From a virus (taxonomy: Duplodnaviria > Heunggongvirae > Uroviricota > Caudoviricetes), in IMG/VR virus record IMGVR_UViG_3300012347_000482, positions 1 to 53,050 of that record: a stretch of DNA of 53,050 nt; one strand, 5' to 3'. Positions 18,327 to 27,007 of this stretch are shown here, piece after piece. The notes under the pieces are model-generated. The model did not search any database and was not told where the DNA came from. It saw only the letters and a program-made list of their open reading frames with translations. A program made the translations under genes and the position numbers. Numbering within the stretch: the stretch's first letter is position 1; the number at the start of each line of letters is the position of its first letter.

Positions 18327-18926
18327 TTAAAATGGAATGTCATCAAAGTCAACAGCATCTAACGATTTGTCTTCTACTACAAGCACATCGCTAATGTCAA
18401 ACGCTGTAGGCTCATCGATCACTTCAGCTTCATCGATCACTTCAGCTTCATCGATCACTTCAGCTTCGTCAATTGCATCGACTACATCAACTTCGTCGTA
18501 CGATGCAACAGCATCAAGTACAGCTTCGGCATCAGCATCGCTAATCAACGGACGGAACACATTTGCAAGGTCAACTGCTGGGGTATCAACAGTAGCTGTC
18601 GTTGTCGCGACTGCTGTCGTTGCTACTGCTTTAGTTACCTTAGTAGCTTTAACTGCCTTAGGTGCCTTAGGTGCAGGGTGTGTTGCTTCGTACAACTCAT
18701 CACGAGCCATTACGATTGCCGGATTGTTTGCACCGTAGTCGATATCAATTAAGAACTCTGCAATTTCAGCTTTATTCATTGCACTTGGCAAGTCAATAAA
18801 GTCGATATCAGTGTGACCATTCTTAATCAGTACCTTAACACGTGTTGCATCATTTGCAAAACGGATCTTTGTCTCGCCTTTAAGTGTTGAAACACCAGCA
18901 AGTGTAAAAGTTTTCTCTGTAGACAT
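18327..18926 (-). CDS. Protein with globular N-domain, Ala/Lys/Thr linker, acidic repeats and SSB-like C-terminal tail DFDDIPF
   Basis: Start MSTEK (18926) with GAGG RBS; ends ...DAVDFDDIPF*. Confidence 0.8.
   Translation of the reverse strand: MSTEKTFTLAGVSTLKGETKIRFANDATRVKVLIKNGHTDIDFIDLPSAMNKAEIAEFLIDIDYGANNPAIVMARDELYEATHPAPKAPKAVKATKVTKAVATTAVATTTATVDTPAVDLANVFRPLISDADAEAVLDAVASYDEVDVVDAIDEAEVIDEAEVIDEAEVIDEPTAFDISDVLVVEDKSLDAVDFDDIPF
18412..18465. repeat. Perfect 3 x 18-bp coding tandem repeat (EAEVID)
   Basis: TCATCGATCACTTCAGCT x3. Confidence 0.95.
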
Positions 18927-18990
18927 AGTTGACCTCTTTCTGTGTGTGTGAAAAATTAAAAAATATAACAATTTTTTTGTTATGTAAACA

Positions 18991-19114
18991 ATTATACACT
19001 AAACAAAAAAACTTGCAAATGATTATTTAGATTGCGTAAACAATAAAACAATTGTTTGCTTGTTATGTAATAATTATAAAACAAAAAACAAACAATTGCA
19101 AATGATTATTTAGA
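18991..19114 (-). promoter_or_regulatory. Tandem promoters (TTTGCA/TTGCAA-17-TATAAT)
   Basis: -10 boxes at 18991-18996 and 19073-19078; 18-bp TGCAAATGATTATTTAGA duplicated at 19014 and 19097. Confidence 0.7.
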
Positions 19115-19406
19115 ACTCAAATTTTGACTTGGCTAATACAAAGGTAGTAAACGCCGCACCATCATTAAAGTATAATGCTCTGTTACCCGAATCCCATGCC
19201 CACTGTGCGTCTGCATCAACTCGGAATGACGCATTGCTCATCCCAAAACGCTCAGTACACCACAATCTCACAATGTCGTAAGTACACCACTTTACACCAG
19301 GTAGTCGTTGTCCGTCGCCTGTGATTTGTGCCTTGTACCTAAACTTGTTAGTAGTTAGTCGTTTCGGAGTCGTTTCAATAGTTGTTATTACAATATTAGT
19401 TGGCAT
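19110..19406 (-). CDS. Hypothetical phage protein
   Basis: W..vr.WC.E.FG...W.W...LYF.D...F..F.L pattern typical of small jumbo-phage proteins. Confidence 0.7.
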   Translation of the reverse strand: MPTNIVITTIETTPKRLTTNKFRYKAQITGDGQRLPGVKWCTYDIVRLWCTERFGMSNASFRVDADAQWAWDSGNRALYFNDGAAFTTFVLAKSKFEF

Positions 19407-19439
19407 ATTTTATATCCGATGAAATTACAAATGGGTTAA

Positions 19440-19462
19440 GGTGCATAGCATTACTATGCACC
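19440..19462 (-). terminator. Hairpin, probable terminator
   Basis: 9-bp perfect stem GGTGCATAG/CTATGCACC. Confidence 0.6.
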
Positions 19463-19481
19463 GAGTGTATACTCAATTATG

Positions 19482-19652
19482 CTAATCTTTTACATCAACA
19501 TACGTGTCGTAATTGAATTCAAGCACTTCAACTTCAAGGAACGACATTTCAAATTCACTAGCTGTCGATTGCAATGCAACTTCGTAGTCAACACCTAGTG
19601 CTACTAGCTGTTTCATTTGATCAACAGCTTTGCTCATGCGTGTTTGTTTCAT
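19482..19652 (-). CDS. Small hypothetical protein
   Basis: Manual translation, 56 aa MKQTRMSKAVDQMKQLVALG...; ATGA overlap with upstream gene. Confidence 0.6.
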   Translation of the reverse strand: MKQTRMSKAVDQMKQLVALGVDYEVALQSTASEFEMSFLEVEVLEFNYDTYVDVKD

Positions 19653-19840
19653 TTGAGATCCTTTGTGTTATGAATGTCATCAAGTTGCACATCAATGCTA
19701 AGTTTAAGTCGATCAGCTGCCGACAAGCAAGTTGCTGAAATTGCTCTCAACACTGCTAGTTGATCAGTAGGACTGCTCGTCTCTAACTGCCTTACTGCTA
19801 CACTGAGCATTTTAATAATAACCGTATTATCATATTTCAT
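19649..19840 (-). CDS. Hypothetical protein
   Basis: 63 aa; promoter upstream. Confidence 0.65.
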   Translation of the reverse strand: MKYDNTVIIKMLSVAVRQLETSSPTDQLAVLRAISATCLSAADRLKLSIDVQLDDIHNTKDLK

Positions 19841-19901
19841 AATGCACCTTTACGTTGTTTAAGTAACTATTATAGCACAGTTTTAACTGACTGCAGACAA
19901 T

Positions 19902-20171
19902 TTATTTTGATGCGTTGACTGAGTTCAAATGTGCTAGTACCCGTTCCTCTGATCCCCAAACGTGCATCGGCATACGATTGTACATGAATTTCACAATGCT
20001 ACCAAGTGCGGCAACATTTTGCATATCGCCACGACCAAATGCGTCAACTAAGTTGTTAGACAATACCGCAGACACAAAGCCGCCGGGTTTGTGTCCTAAC
20101 TCAACATAGTCAACCAATGTTTGACGAGTGTGTTCTGGAATGTCTTGATAGCTTTCAAAATTTAAACTCAT
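19902..20171 (-). CDS. Conserved hypothetical phage protein
   Basis: IPEHTRQTLVDYVELGHKPGGFVSAVLSNNL..AFGRGD..N; GGAG RBS. Confidence 0.8.
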   Translation of the reverse strand: MSLNFESYQDIPEHTRQTLVDYVELGHKPGGFVSAVLSNNLVDAFGRGDMQNVAALGSIVKFMYNRMPMHVWGSEERVLAHLNSVNASK

Positions 20172-20200
20172 AGTGTCTCCTAGTAAATTAAATACGCAAA

Positions 20201-20410
20201 TTATTCTTGTTCGGTATCATCAACGATACCTAACTTAGCAAACGCCCACTCAATAATTTTGGGGATAACAATCGTTGAGATAGTCCACACTCCAGTTAAT
20301 ACCATTGCTAAGAGGGTAAAAAAGTTGAAGAACGACAGCATTCCTAAAAATACCGCGATTGCGACCACATAAGCAAAAATCAATTTAGTTTCATAAGTCA
20401 AATATTTCAT
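20201..20410 (-). CDS. Small membrane protein
   Basis: Two hydrophobic segments; GGAG RBS. Confidence 0.7.
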   Translation of the reverse strand: MKYLTYETKLIFAYVVAIAVFLGMLSFFNFFTLLAMVLTGVWTISTIVIPKIIEWAFAKLGIVDDTEQE

Positions 20411-20479
20411 TGAGCTCCTTTAAGTTGTTTATTATACAGTCCATAAAATGTTGCTGTATATGCTATTGTAACACAGTTT

Positions 20480-21070
20480 TTATTGATTGTCACTGGAATA
20501 TTTTGCAAGCATTACGGTCAACTCGTCCACTGCTACACCGTTAAGCCACCACTCTTGAGTGCCATCGGCTTTTATCGTAGCAGGACCATCTAGTCGATGA
20601 CGCTCATCGTTAAAATACCAAGCCCGATATCCGTTTATGCCTTCATACGCAGGTCCGTCAACTCTGTGGCGTTTATCGTGTTGGCACCATACTCTATCAC
20701 CGTTTGGATGTATAATCGCGGGTCCGTCTGTTCGATGAGTTTGCCCATTGTAATACCATCTTTGTTTGCCGTTAGGGTCTATGCATGCGGGACCATCTGT
20801 TCGATGCAGTTCACCAAGGCTATACCATCTTACTTCGCCGGATTGTAATATTACCGCAGGACCATCATTGCGATGGAGGGTTTCACCAATATACCATCCC
20901 CATCCGGGCTCTCCGTCTACTTGCACAGCTACAGGTAGATTTTTATTTTGGGCAGTTGGCTGATACGAATAGGGTAGTTCTCGATGTGAAGTCGATGTTA
21001 GTAATAATACATAAACTAACCAAACTACCATCGCTACCACTAAGAAAGATATAACTATATCCATATCCAT
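20480..21070 (-). CDS. HRxDGPA repeat protein with N-terminal transmembrane helix
   Basis: IVISFLVVAMVVWLVYVLLL followed by 5 repeats and cap VDELTVMLA. Confidence 0.88.
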   Translation of the reverse strand: MDMDIVISFLVVAMVVWLVYVLLLTSTSHRELPYSYQPTAQNKNLPVAVQVDGEPGWGWYIGETLHRNDGPAVILQSGEVRWYSLGELHRTDGPACIDPNGKQRWYYNGQTHRTDGPAIIHPNGDRVWCQHDKRHRVDGPAYEGINGYRAWYFNDERHRLDGPATIKADGTQEWWLNGVAVDELTVMLAKYSSDNQ

Positions 21071-21090
21071 AATCCATTGTCGTTCAAAAT

Positions 21091-21142
21091 AAAAAAGGAG
21101 AGTAGAATATAAACTCTACTCCCCAAGTCCGTTTTCACGGAC
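21091..21142 (-). terminator. Intrinsic terminator preceded by a GAAA-tetraloop hairpin
   Basis: Minus strand: GTCCGT-GAAA-ACGGAC then GGGGAGTAGA...TCTACTCTCC-TTTTTTATTTT. Confidence 0.75.
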
Positions 21143-21155
21143 GGAGCAACACTAC

Positions 21156-21731
21156 TTAACCAGTTGTTTTCGATCCATGTTCTATGCCATTCTCAATAAA
21201 GATCAGCAAGTCATCTTTTTCTTCGTCTTCGCATTCGCGTTGCGAAACTGTAATTTCAAAGAAGTCATTTAGTTCATCAGGTAACATTTCAGTTGCACCA
21301 TCGGAGTCACCCCAATCTGAGTACTCGTCATGCGAGTCATTAGTGTAAATACCCGCAAACTGCATTCCGGGTTCGTAATAGTATGCCACGATACCGAACC
21401 CTTGATTCTGTAAAGCGTCAAGTGCCGCAATCGGCGGACCCCATGCAGTCTCGCACATCACAGTAACTGTGCCATTGTCATTAACTGACACCATCGGATC
21501 ACTTAAGTCCCACTTAGTGCCCCATTCGTTTGTGCAAAAATCATACCAATTACTGTAGCCGCAACTTGCAAGGCACTCCTCTTCCGAAGCTACTTCGTTT
21601 TGCAGTATCTCGGGAACCGGAATAAACTCTTTAAGTATCCCAGTATTAGCTTCAGCTGCTTTAACAACTCGAGCTAACATTTCGGGGTCGTTGTGTTCAA
21701 GCGTAATGTTTACACTGCACCAATTTGGCAT
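21156..21731 (-). CDS. YubB/DUF1281 ferredoxin-like-fold (Api92-like) protein
   Basis: MPNWC, NWYDFCTNEWGTKWD, ETAWGPP, YYEPGMQFAG. Confidence 0.8.
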   Translation of the reverse strand: MPNWCSVNITLEHNDPEMLARVVKAAEANTGILKEFIPVPEILQNEVASEEECLASCGYSNWYDFCTNEWGTKWDLSDPMVSVNDNGTVTVMCETAWGPPIAALDALQNQGFGIVAYYYEPGMQFAGIYTNDSHDEYSDWGDSDGATEMLPDELNDFFEITVSQRECEDEEKDDLLIFIENGIEHGSKTTG

Positions 21732-21817
21732 AATAAAGTCCTTTAAGTAGTTGTTTGCTAAGTGTTTATTATAGCATAATTTTAAAATTATGCTAATGAG
21801 TTTTTATTGTTACTGAT

Positions 21818-22021
21818 TTACTTTTTGAATAGATCTAACAACTGATTGTTAATAATAGCCATTTCTTCTGGATACACGTAAAAATCACAAGTAGGATCAT
21901 AATGTAACCCTGCCACAGGATCATAATATAATACTCGGCCGCCTGCATAATAAAAAGGACCTTCTAATCCTTTTCTGGGTTGCCACCTGGAATCACGTTC
22001 GCCTAAAACTATATAAGCCAT
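21818..22021 (-). CDS. Conserved hypothetical phage protein
   Basis: PRKGLEGPFYY.GGRVLYYDP..G..YDP..DFYV; start MAY at 22021. Confidence 0.75.
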   Translation of the reverse strand: MAYIVLGERDSRWQPRKGLEGPFYYAGGRVLYYDPVAGLHYDPTCDFYVYPEEMAIINNQLLDLFKK

Positions 22022-22095
22022 GCTAACTTTCCTTGATATTAACAATCTACTAGCCGTGTGCACCATCGGTACAGTATGGCTAGCAGCGGGGTCTA

Positions 22096-22410
22096 CTACC
22101 GATTAGTAGCGTCGGACTGCATTTGTGCATACAATAACCATCCTGACAGTTGATCCGGTACTCGTATACCCTCGATAAACCATTCTTGGTGCCCGTTTGC
22201 CCAAGTAACAGCAGGTCCATCGACTCTATGACGTTTACCGTTAAACCACCACTCCTCGTAGCCATCTGGATGTGATACTGCAGGTCCATTTGTTCGATGT
22301 AGCTTGCCGGCAACATACCATGCGCAAGTCCCGTCATTAAAAACAAAAGGATTATCAGGATCAGGATCATACGCAGATGAGTTATCGCAATACCGTATTT
22401 GAATTGCCAT
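22096..22410 (-). CDS. Short HRxDGPA repeat protein
   Basis: 104 aa, 2 repeats plus cap. Confidence 0.85.
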   Translation of the reverse strand: MAIQIRYCDNSSAYDPDPDNPFVFNDGTCAWYVAGKLHRTNGPAVSHPDGYEEWWFNGKRHRVDGPAVTWANGHQEWFIEGIRVPDQLSGWLLYAQMQSDATNR

Positions 22411-22413
22411 AAA

Positions 22414-22887
22414 TTATTTTACATCAACGATGTTATCAACTTTAATATTAAACACAATGCTACCATTGCTTTCTTTGCTAAACTCGCTTTTCAAACACGC
22501 AATTCGTGCATCTTCATCACTAATAACAACACCGTTTTGTTTGTAAATTGGTGCGCGATAAAAGTTGTTATCGACTGAAGTACAACGAATGTAATACTGA
22601 TCGTTGTGTTCGATTACATAAGGAAAGTGCAACCATGTACCCCATGGCAGGCCACTATTTTCTGCAGGTAAATCGCCGTTTGCTCGACCTTCTTTCACAA
22701 CACCGATGTTATCGTAATTAACACCGATTCGACATTGAAATTCGCTTTCTTTGAACACAGGGTCGTGTCCTTTGCGCACCTTCATAGGTCGGATTGTTTT
22801 GATAGTAGCAATTTGACCTTTGCGATTTAACAGTTTAGTCAATTGTTCAGTACGGGTGTCAATATCAATTAAAAGTGCGGCTGACAT
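22414..22887 (-). CDS. Conserved hypothetical phage protein
   Basis: RIGVNYDNI..VKEGR.NGDLPAENSGLPWG.W..FPYVIEH; start MSAALL. Confidence 0.75.
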   Translation of the reverse strand: MSAALLIDIDTRTEQLTKLLNRKGQIATIKTIRPMKVRKGHDPVFKESEFQCRIGVNYDNIGVVKEGRANGDLPAENSGLPWGTWLHFPYVIEHNDQYYIRCTSVDNNFYRAPIYKQNGVVISDEDARIACLKSEFSKESNGSIVFNIKVDNIVDVK

Positions 22888-22920
22888 AGTGTGTCCTCTG
22901 TGTGTTGTTGCTAAAACATT

Positions 22921-22956
22921 ATTATAACACAACTTTTTACGGTTGTGTTTGAATTA
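22921..22956 (-). promoter_or_regulatory. Stem-loop promoter cassette, copy 1
   Basis: ATTATAACACAACTTTTTACGGTTGTGTTTGAATTA identical to 27297-27332; internal IR AACACAAC/GTTGTGTT. Confidence 0.75.
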
Positions 22957-23286
22957 TTACATAGTTTTATTGGAACAATGTTTCCTGTAAAATCTAACGT
23001 AATCCACTGTGGTGAACTCGTTATCTTTAAATTCGTTTCGGCTTATAGTAATAAGCTCTTTGGCTGTATTTTCAACTGAGGATAACGGCGCGTGTGGGGC
23101 AAGTTCGATTAGTTCAGTGAGTAGTTTATCGATCCAGTTAACATTCGCCGAGTCTTCGTTTCCTATCATATAACTAGCAACTGTGCATCGAGAAGCAGTG
23201 ATGACGTTGGCAGTTTCTGTGGCAGTTGCCGAATAAGCACTCGATAATGCTATACCGAGAAGTGTTGTAACAATTAGTTTTTTCAT
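22957..23286 (-). CDS. Putative secreted protein
   Basis: Signal peptide MKKLIVTTLLGIALSSAYSA. Confidence 0.75.
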   Translation of the reverse strand: MKKLIVTTLLGIALSSAYSATATETANVITASRCTVASYMIGNEDSANVNWIDKLLTELIELAPHAPLSSVENTAKELITISRNEFKDNEFTTVDYVRFYRKHCSNKTM

Positions 23287-23317
23287 ACAGTCCTTTATGT
23301 TGTTGCTGTTAAAACAT

Positions 23318-23350
23318 AATTATAACACAACTTTTTACGGTTGTCATTGA
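23318..23350 (-). promoter_or_regulatory. Stem-loop promoter cassette, copy 2 (ATGACA-17-TATAAT)
   Basis: 27 bp identical core AATTATAACACAACTTTTTACGGTTGT. Confidence 0.75.
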
Positions 23351-23356
23351 ATTAAA

Positions 23357-23500
23357 TTAGGATGCGTCGTCAGTCGAATCAGCATCAACTACTTCGTCAG
23401 CTATTGCATTGTAAGCATACTCAGCACCAATTATAAATCCAACCCATCCTATTACACCAATTGCAATAATGTGGATAACTATCTGCATTCCTAAACTCAT
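23357..23500 (-). CDS. Small membrane protein
   Basis: MSLGMQIVIHIIAIGVIGWVGFIIG... Confidence 0.5.
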   Translation of the reverse strand: MSLGMQIVIHIIAIGVIGWVGFIIGAEYAYNAIADEVVDADSTDDAS

Positions 23501-23543
23501 AATATTTCCTGCTAAGTCGATAAACTTACAATGCTGTTCGTGC

Positions 23544-23565
23544 AACTAGGGCCGAAGCCCTAGTT
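23544..23565 (-). terminator. cUUCGg hairpin terminator
   Basis: Minus strand AACTAGGGC-TTCG-GCCCTAGTT, 9-bp perfect stem after stop of 23570-23893. Confidence 0.75.
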
Positions 23566-23569
23566 GGTT

Positions 23570-23893
23570 TTACGCTCTTGGAATCCTGTAAATTACCCCT
23601 TGCGGGCTAATACACTTTTTAACTCCGTCACCTGCATATTGTTGTTCCAGCAACCGCAAGTTTCTCAAATCTTTAATCGACGGGTGGTCGACTTTGATTG
23701 CAATAAACTTTTTACGATAGTTGATGTATACATCATTTGCATATACCATTTCGAGACCAATCTTCATACGTTCGGCCTGCAACTTCTGCGTATCGGAATA
23801 CGAAAAGCTTTCGTATGAACTACGCTTCGACGCATCTGCCGAAGCAGCCCATTTAGTCGACGATGCAACATATTCAGTTTCGGTTTCTTTCAT
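23570..23893 (-). CDS. Conserved hypothetical phage protein
   Basis: 107 aa; GGA RBS. Confidence 0.75.
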   Translation of the reverse strand: MKETETEYVASSTKWAASADASKRSSYESFSYSDTQKLQAERMKIGLEMVYANDVYINYRKKFIAIKVDHPSIKDLRNLRLLEQQYAGDGVKKCISPQGVIYRIPRA

Positions 23894-23956
23894 ACAATTC
23901 CTTTAGTGGTTAAGGGTGGCACAGTTTGTTGCTGTATATACATTATAGCATAAAAT

Positions 23957-24151
23957 TTAAACTGTGCTGTGAATTGTTTGCCTACAGATAACAATAGTGG
24001 AAGGATAGTTGTCGTGATTAATTAGCGATTGCTTAACATATTGTTTATCACAATCGACAGTGAAGAATACTGCATCAATCCAGCGTAACTGCTTATCGGT
24101 GCGGGGAACGTATACGTCCCATCGGATAAATCGTTCAGACGGTTCTTTCAT
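23957..24151 (-). CDS. Hypothetical phage protein
   Basis: WDVY....WIDAVFF..DCDKQYVK.SLINHD.YP..I; GGAG RBS. Confidence 0.7.
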   Translation of the reverse strand: MKEPSERFIRWDVYVPRTDKQLRWIDAVFFTVDCDKQYVKQSLINHDNYPSTIVICRQTIHSTV

Positions 24152-24164
24152 ATGACTCTCCTAT

Positions 24165-24362
24165 TTAATATTTAATATTAAATGCAGTGTTTCGCTGTTC
24201 AGATACCATTCGATATGCAACACGAACTTCTTGTTCGAGATCGTCGTAAGATGCCTCGATTAGTGCTAACGCTTCGTCAAAAGCATCAACGCCTTGTTCG
24301 TCGCCGTATGTTTGAACAATAACGATTGCTTCGTTCATTGACATATAAAGAGGTGTACCCAT
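24165..24362 (-). CDS. Hypothetical phage protein
   Basis: 65 aa; GGAG RBS. Confidence 0.7.
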   Translation of the reverse strand: MGTPLYMSMNEAIVIVQTYGDEQGVDAFDEALALIEASYDDLEQEVRVAYRMVSEQRNTAFNIKY

Positions 24363-24431
24363 ATATTCTCCAAGTGTTTGAATAACTGTAAGTGTATATT
24401 ATAACACACTTACAGTTGGTTAGTTACGAAC

Positions 24432-24713
24432 TTATGCGGCAGATAACATCGAGGCTGGCACTCTGTAAGATCCCAACGGAGTTCTCACTACAATGTTCTT
24501 ACGTCCTACAGTAAGCACAGTGCCGATGTGTATTTGTCGATCACGCGATGATGTAAACTTAACTTTGTCTCCTTGTCTAAAAGATTGAACATTAGCCTGG
24601 CTAATTAAGCTTCGAGAAAATCTAAGAGCTTCAACTAGCAATGTGATTTCTTCATCAGTAAGGTTAGTGCGTAAAATGCTAGTGCGGATTGCTTCAGCTT
24701 CGTTAGAGATCAT
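24432..24713 (-). CDS. Small SH3/KOW-like protein, paralogue of 27826-28098
   Basis: GDKVKFT...GTV..VGRKNIVV....YRVPASML. Confidence 0.75.
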   Translation of the reverse strand: MISNEAEAIRTSILRTNLTDEEITLLVEALRFSRSLISQANVQSFRQGDKVKFTSSRDRQIHIGTVLTVGRKNIVVRTPLGSYRVPASMLSAA

Positions 24714-24761
24714 AGTATAGTACCTTAAGTTTGTTTAACAAGTTTTTATTATAACACAATT

Positions 24762-25223
24762 TTATGCGAATGTTTGTGATTTTTTTAACAGCAATATGGT
24801 TAATTGATCAGTAATATGTTGTCCATTAACCCACCACTGTTGTTCCCCATCGGAGCGTATAATAGCAGGGCCATCAGTTCGATGCCGCTTACCGTGAAAA
24901 TACCAATGATATGTCCCACTTGTTGTTGACAGAGCAGGGCCATCAGTTCGATGAAATTTGCCATTAAAATACCAGTATTCAGTACCGTCGGTATCTGTAA
25001 CAGCAGGCCCATCAGTTCGATGGCATACTCCATCACAATGCCACGCCTGGTAACCATCTGCATATACAACAGAAGGACCATCTTCTCGGTGCTTTTTACC
25101 ATTCACATACCAATGTTTAGTGCCATTCATATATTCAATAGCAGGCCCATCTAGTCGGTGAAAGTTATTATTACTTTTGTACGTTATCGTACCATCTGTG
25201 CGAATATATTTACGTGTTGCCAT
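24762..25223 (-). CDS. HRxDGPA repeat protein
   Basis: 153 aa; cap ITDQLTILLL. Confidence 0.9.
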   Translation of the reverse strand: MATRKYIRTDGTITYKSNNNFHRLDGPAIEYMNGTKHWYVNGKKHREDGPSVVYADGYQAWHCDGVCHRTDGPAVTDTDGTEYWYFNGKFHRTDGPALSTTSGTYHWYFHGKRHRTDGPAIIRSDGEQQWWVNGQHITDQLTILLLKKSQTFA

Positions 25224-25270
25224 AGTAATCTCGAGTAAACATACCGAGCAAAATGCTAAGTATGCTTTTA

Positions 25271-25792
25271 TTATAGCACAATTTTATACGACTGTTTGTG
25301 ATTTTTTAAAAGCAAAATAGTTAATTGATCAGTAATGTGTTTCCCATCGATCCACCATTGAGTACTGCCGTCTTCCCAGGTAACAGCTGGGCCATCTAGT
25401 CGATGTAGCTGTCCATTAACAAACCATTCTTCATGACCACCCAGTGTCGTAATTGCAGGGCCGCCTATTCGATGTACTTTGCCGTCGATGTACCATCGTG
25501 TACCTCCAGTTGCCCACTCGCATGCAGGACCGTCTAGCCTATGACGCACTCCTTCAACAAACCACTCTCGCGTACCATCATCAGATATAACAGCAGGGCC
25601 ATTAGTTCGATGCGGTTTTCCGTGTTTATACCAGTATTCGCCTCCTTTGGGAGTCATAATAGCAGGTCCATCTAACCGATGTAATCGCTTATTAAGATAC
25701 CAATTACCGTGTTTATCTTGATGCAGTCCGCTAGTATTAGGATGATCTTCAGTCATAAAGTGTTCGCTAAAGAATACGGATGAATAAGTCAA
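25271..25792 (-). CDS. HRxDGPA repeat protein
   Basis: 173 aa; cap ITDQLTILLL; ends KIVL*. Confidence 0.9.
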   Translation of the reverse strand: MTYSSVFFSEHFMTEDHPNTSGLHQDKHGNWYLNKRLHRLDGPAIMTPKGGEYWYKHGKPHRTNGPAVISDDGTREWFVEGVRHRLDGPACEWATGGTRWYIDGKVHRIGGPAITTLGGHEEWFVNGQLHRLDGPAVTWEDGSTQWWIDGKHITDQLTILLLKNHKQSYKIVL

Positions 25793-26261
25793 TCCTAGCT
25801 ACCATTACAACTATTTGATATGGAACTGGATTAACAAGGGGATGAACAAGAGGGGAGTCAGCAGTCACGGTACACTTCAACAACTTCGGGGACGGGTTAG
25901 ATTTGCCGTGTTGCCAGTTGTATTGGCAGTTGGCTAATTCATCATACTCGCCACCTTGCATAGTTGTTAGGTAATCGACAAAATCCGTAAACGGTAAACC
26001 AGCACTACGACACTTCATGAGCGTGCTTACCACTTTACGATTAAATCGTTGTGTATGAGCAAGCTGATGCTTAATCTCGTATGTTGCCGCAGCCTGTACA
26101 GAAGGAAGTGACGTGTTGTACTCTCGAGCTAGGGCAGTACAGCTCTTGATAACAACACGCATCGAAGTTAACGCTGAATTATATTGGACATTATCATTCC
26201 ATAGTGTATCAACCATGGAATTCATAAAGTCTTTATACGTTATAGCTCTGGGTGTATTCAT
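25767..26261 (-). CDS. Hypothetical protein, paralogue of 44621-45121
   Basis: Shared GL.F..F...L..M.GG.Y and LL.CTVTADSP. Confidence 0.75.
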   Translation of the reverse strand: MNTPRAITYKDFMNSMVDTLWNDNVQYNSALTSMRVVIKSCTALAREYNTSLPSVQAAATYEIKHQLAHTQRFNRKVVSTLMKCRSAGLPFTDFVDYLTTMQGGEYDELANCQYNWQHGKSNPSPKLLKCTVTADSPLVHPLVNPVPYQIVVMVARIDLFIRIL

Positions 26262-26528
26262 CTATTTACGCATGCCAAATCGGTCTTTAATAGCATTGGC
26301 TCTACGATTAAATTCCTCTAAAGCCAAATCACTAGTGTTACACTCTTCAGTCCACAGTTGCTTAATGCACTCACTAACAATAGATTCAGCAAACGCTTGT
26401 AACTCGTCCTTTTCAAAGAGAGCAGTGTTCATCCAAGCCTCATTACCGCCTTCAGCTGATGGATATCCTTGTGGCCACCAAACACCGGCTTTTTCAGCTA
26501 ACTCGTTAAATTCTTTGCTAATTTCCAT
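26262..26528 (-). CDS. 'EKFAEL' family small protein (outlying member)
   Basis: ELAEKAG...LQAFAESIVSEC...IKDRFG. Confidence 0.8.
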   Translation of the reverse strand: MEISKEFNELAEKAGVWWPQGYPSAEGGNEAWMNTALFEKDELQAFAESIVSECIKQLWTEECNTSDLALEEFNRRANAIKDRFGMRK

Positions 26529-26604
26529 TTTGATTCCTTTGATTAACTGCTGTATGCATCAACGACAAGCTAACGAGTTGCCAATTCGCTAGCTTGTCTA
26601 TTAT

Positions 26605-26973
26605 TTAATTTTTTGATTGTTTGTAGCCATCAACTACTGCTTTAAACAGTGAGTCTTTAACTTGTAACTCAATCGGTAGTTGATCAAACGGTACCATACA
26701 ATTGTGTGTCTTTAACTCAACATTCTTTTCAGGCCCGTATGTCCAGCCTTCGCTAATTTTAACTTTCATCCAGTTTTCGTGTGATTGTTCAGGCGTTAAC
26801 TCATCTTTTAAGTGTGCTCGAACACCTGCAATAGCACTGTTTCGTTGCCATTCTGGGGCATCGGCCCACACAGGCTGCGAGTTATCGCCCAATGACAAAC
26901 AATAAGCACGATTAACTGAATGGGCAATACCTGCAATCATTGAAACAACTGAATTTGTATAAATTACGGTCAT
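26605..26973 (-). CDS. RyR-domain protein
   Basis: PEQSHENWMKVKISEGWTYGPEKNVELKTHNCMVPFDQLP...KD. Confidence 0.85.
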   Translation of the reverse strand: MTVIYTNSVVSMIAGIAHSVNRAYCLSLGDNSQPVWADAPEWQRNSAIAGVRAHLKDELTPEQSHENWMKVKISEGWTYGPEKNVELKTHNCMVPFDQLPIELQVKDSLFKAVVDGYKQSKN

Positions 26974-27007
26974 ACTATGGTCTTTCTATAAAATTTAACT
27001 GACTAAA

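Noticed and set aside
18337-18738. Ser/Thr/Ala-rich plus-strand ORF (and 28984-29232, 28922-29152 over the acidic gene)
   Set aside because: Antisense or alternative-frame read-out of low-complexity coding sequence
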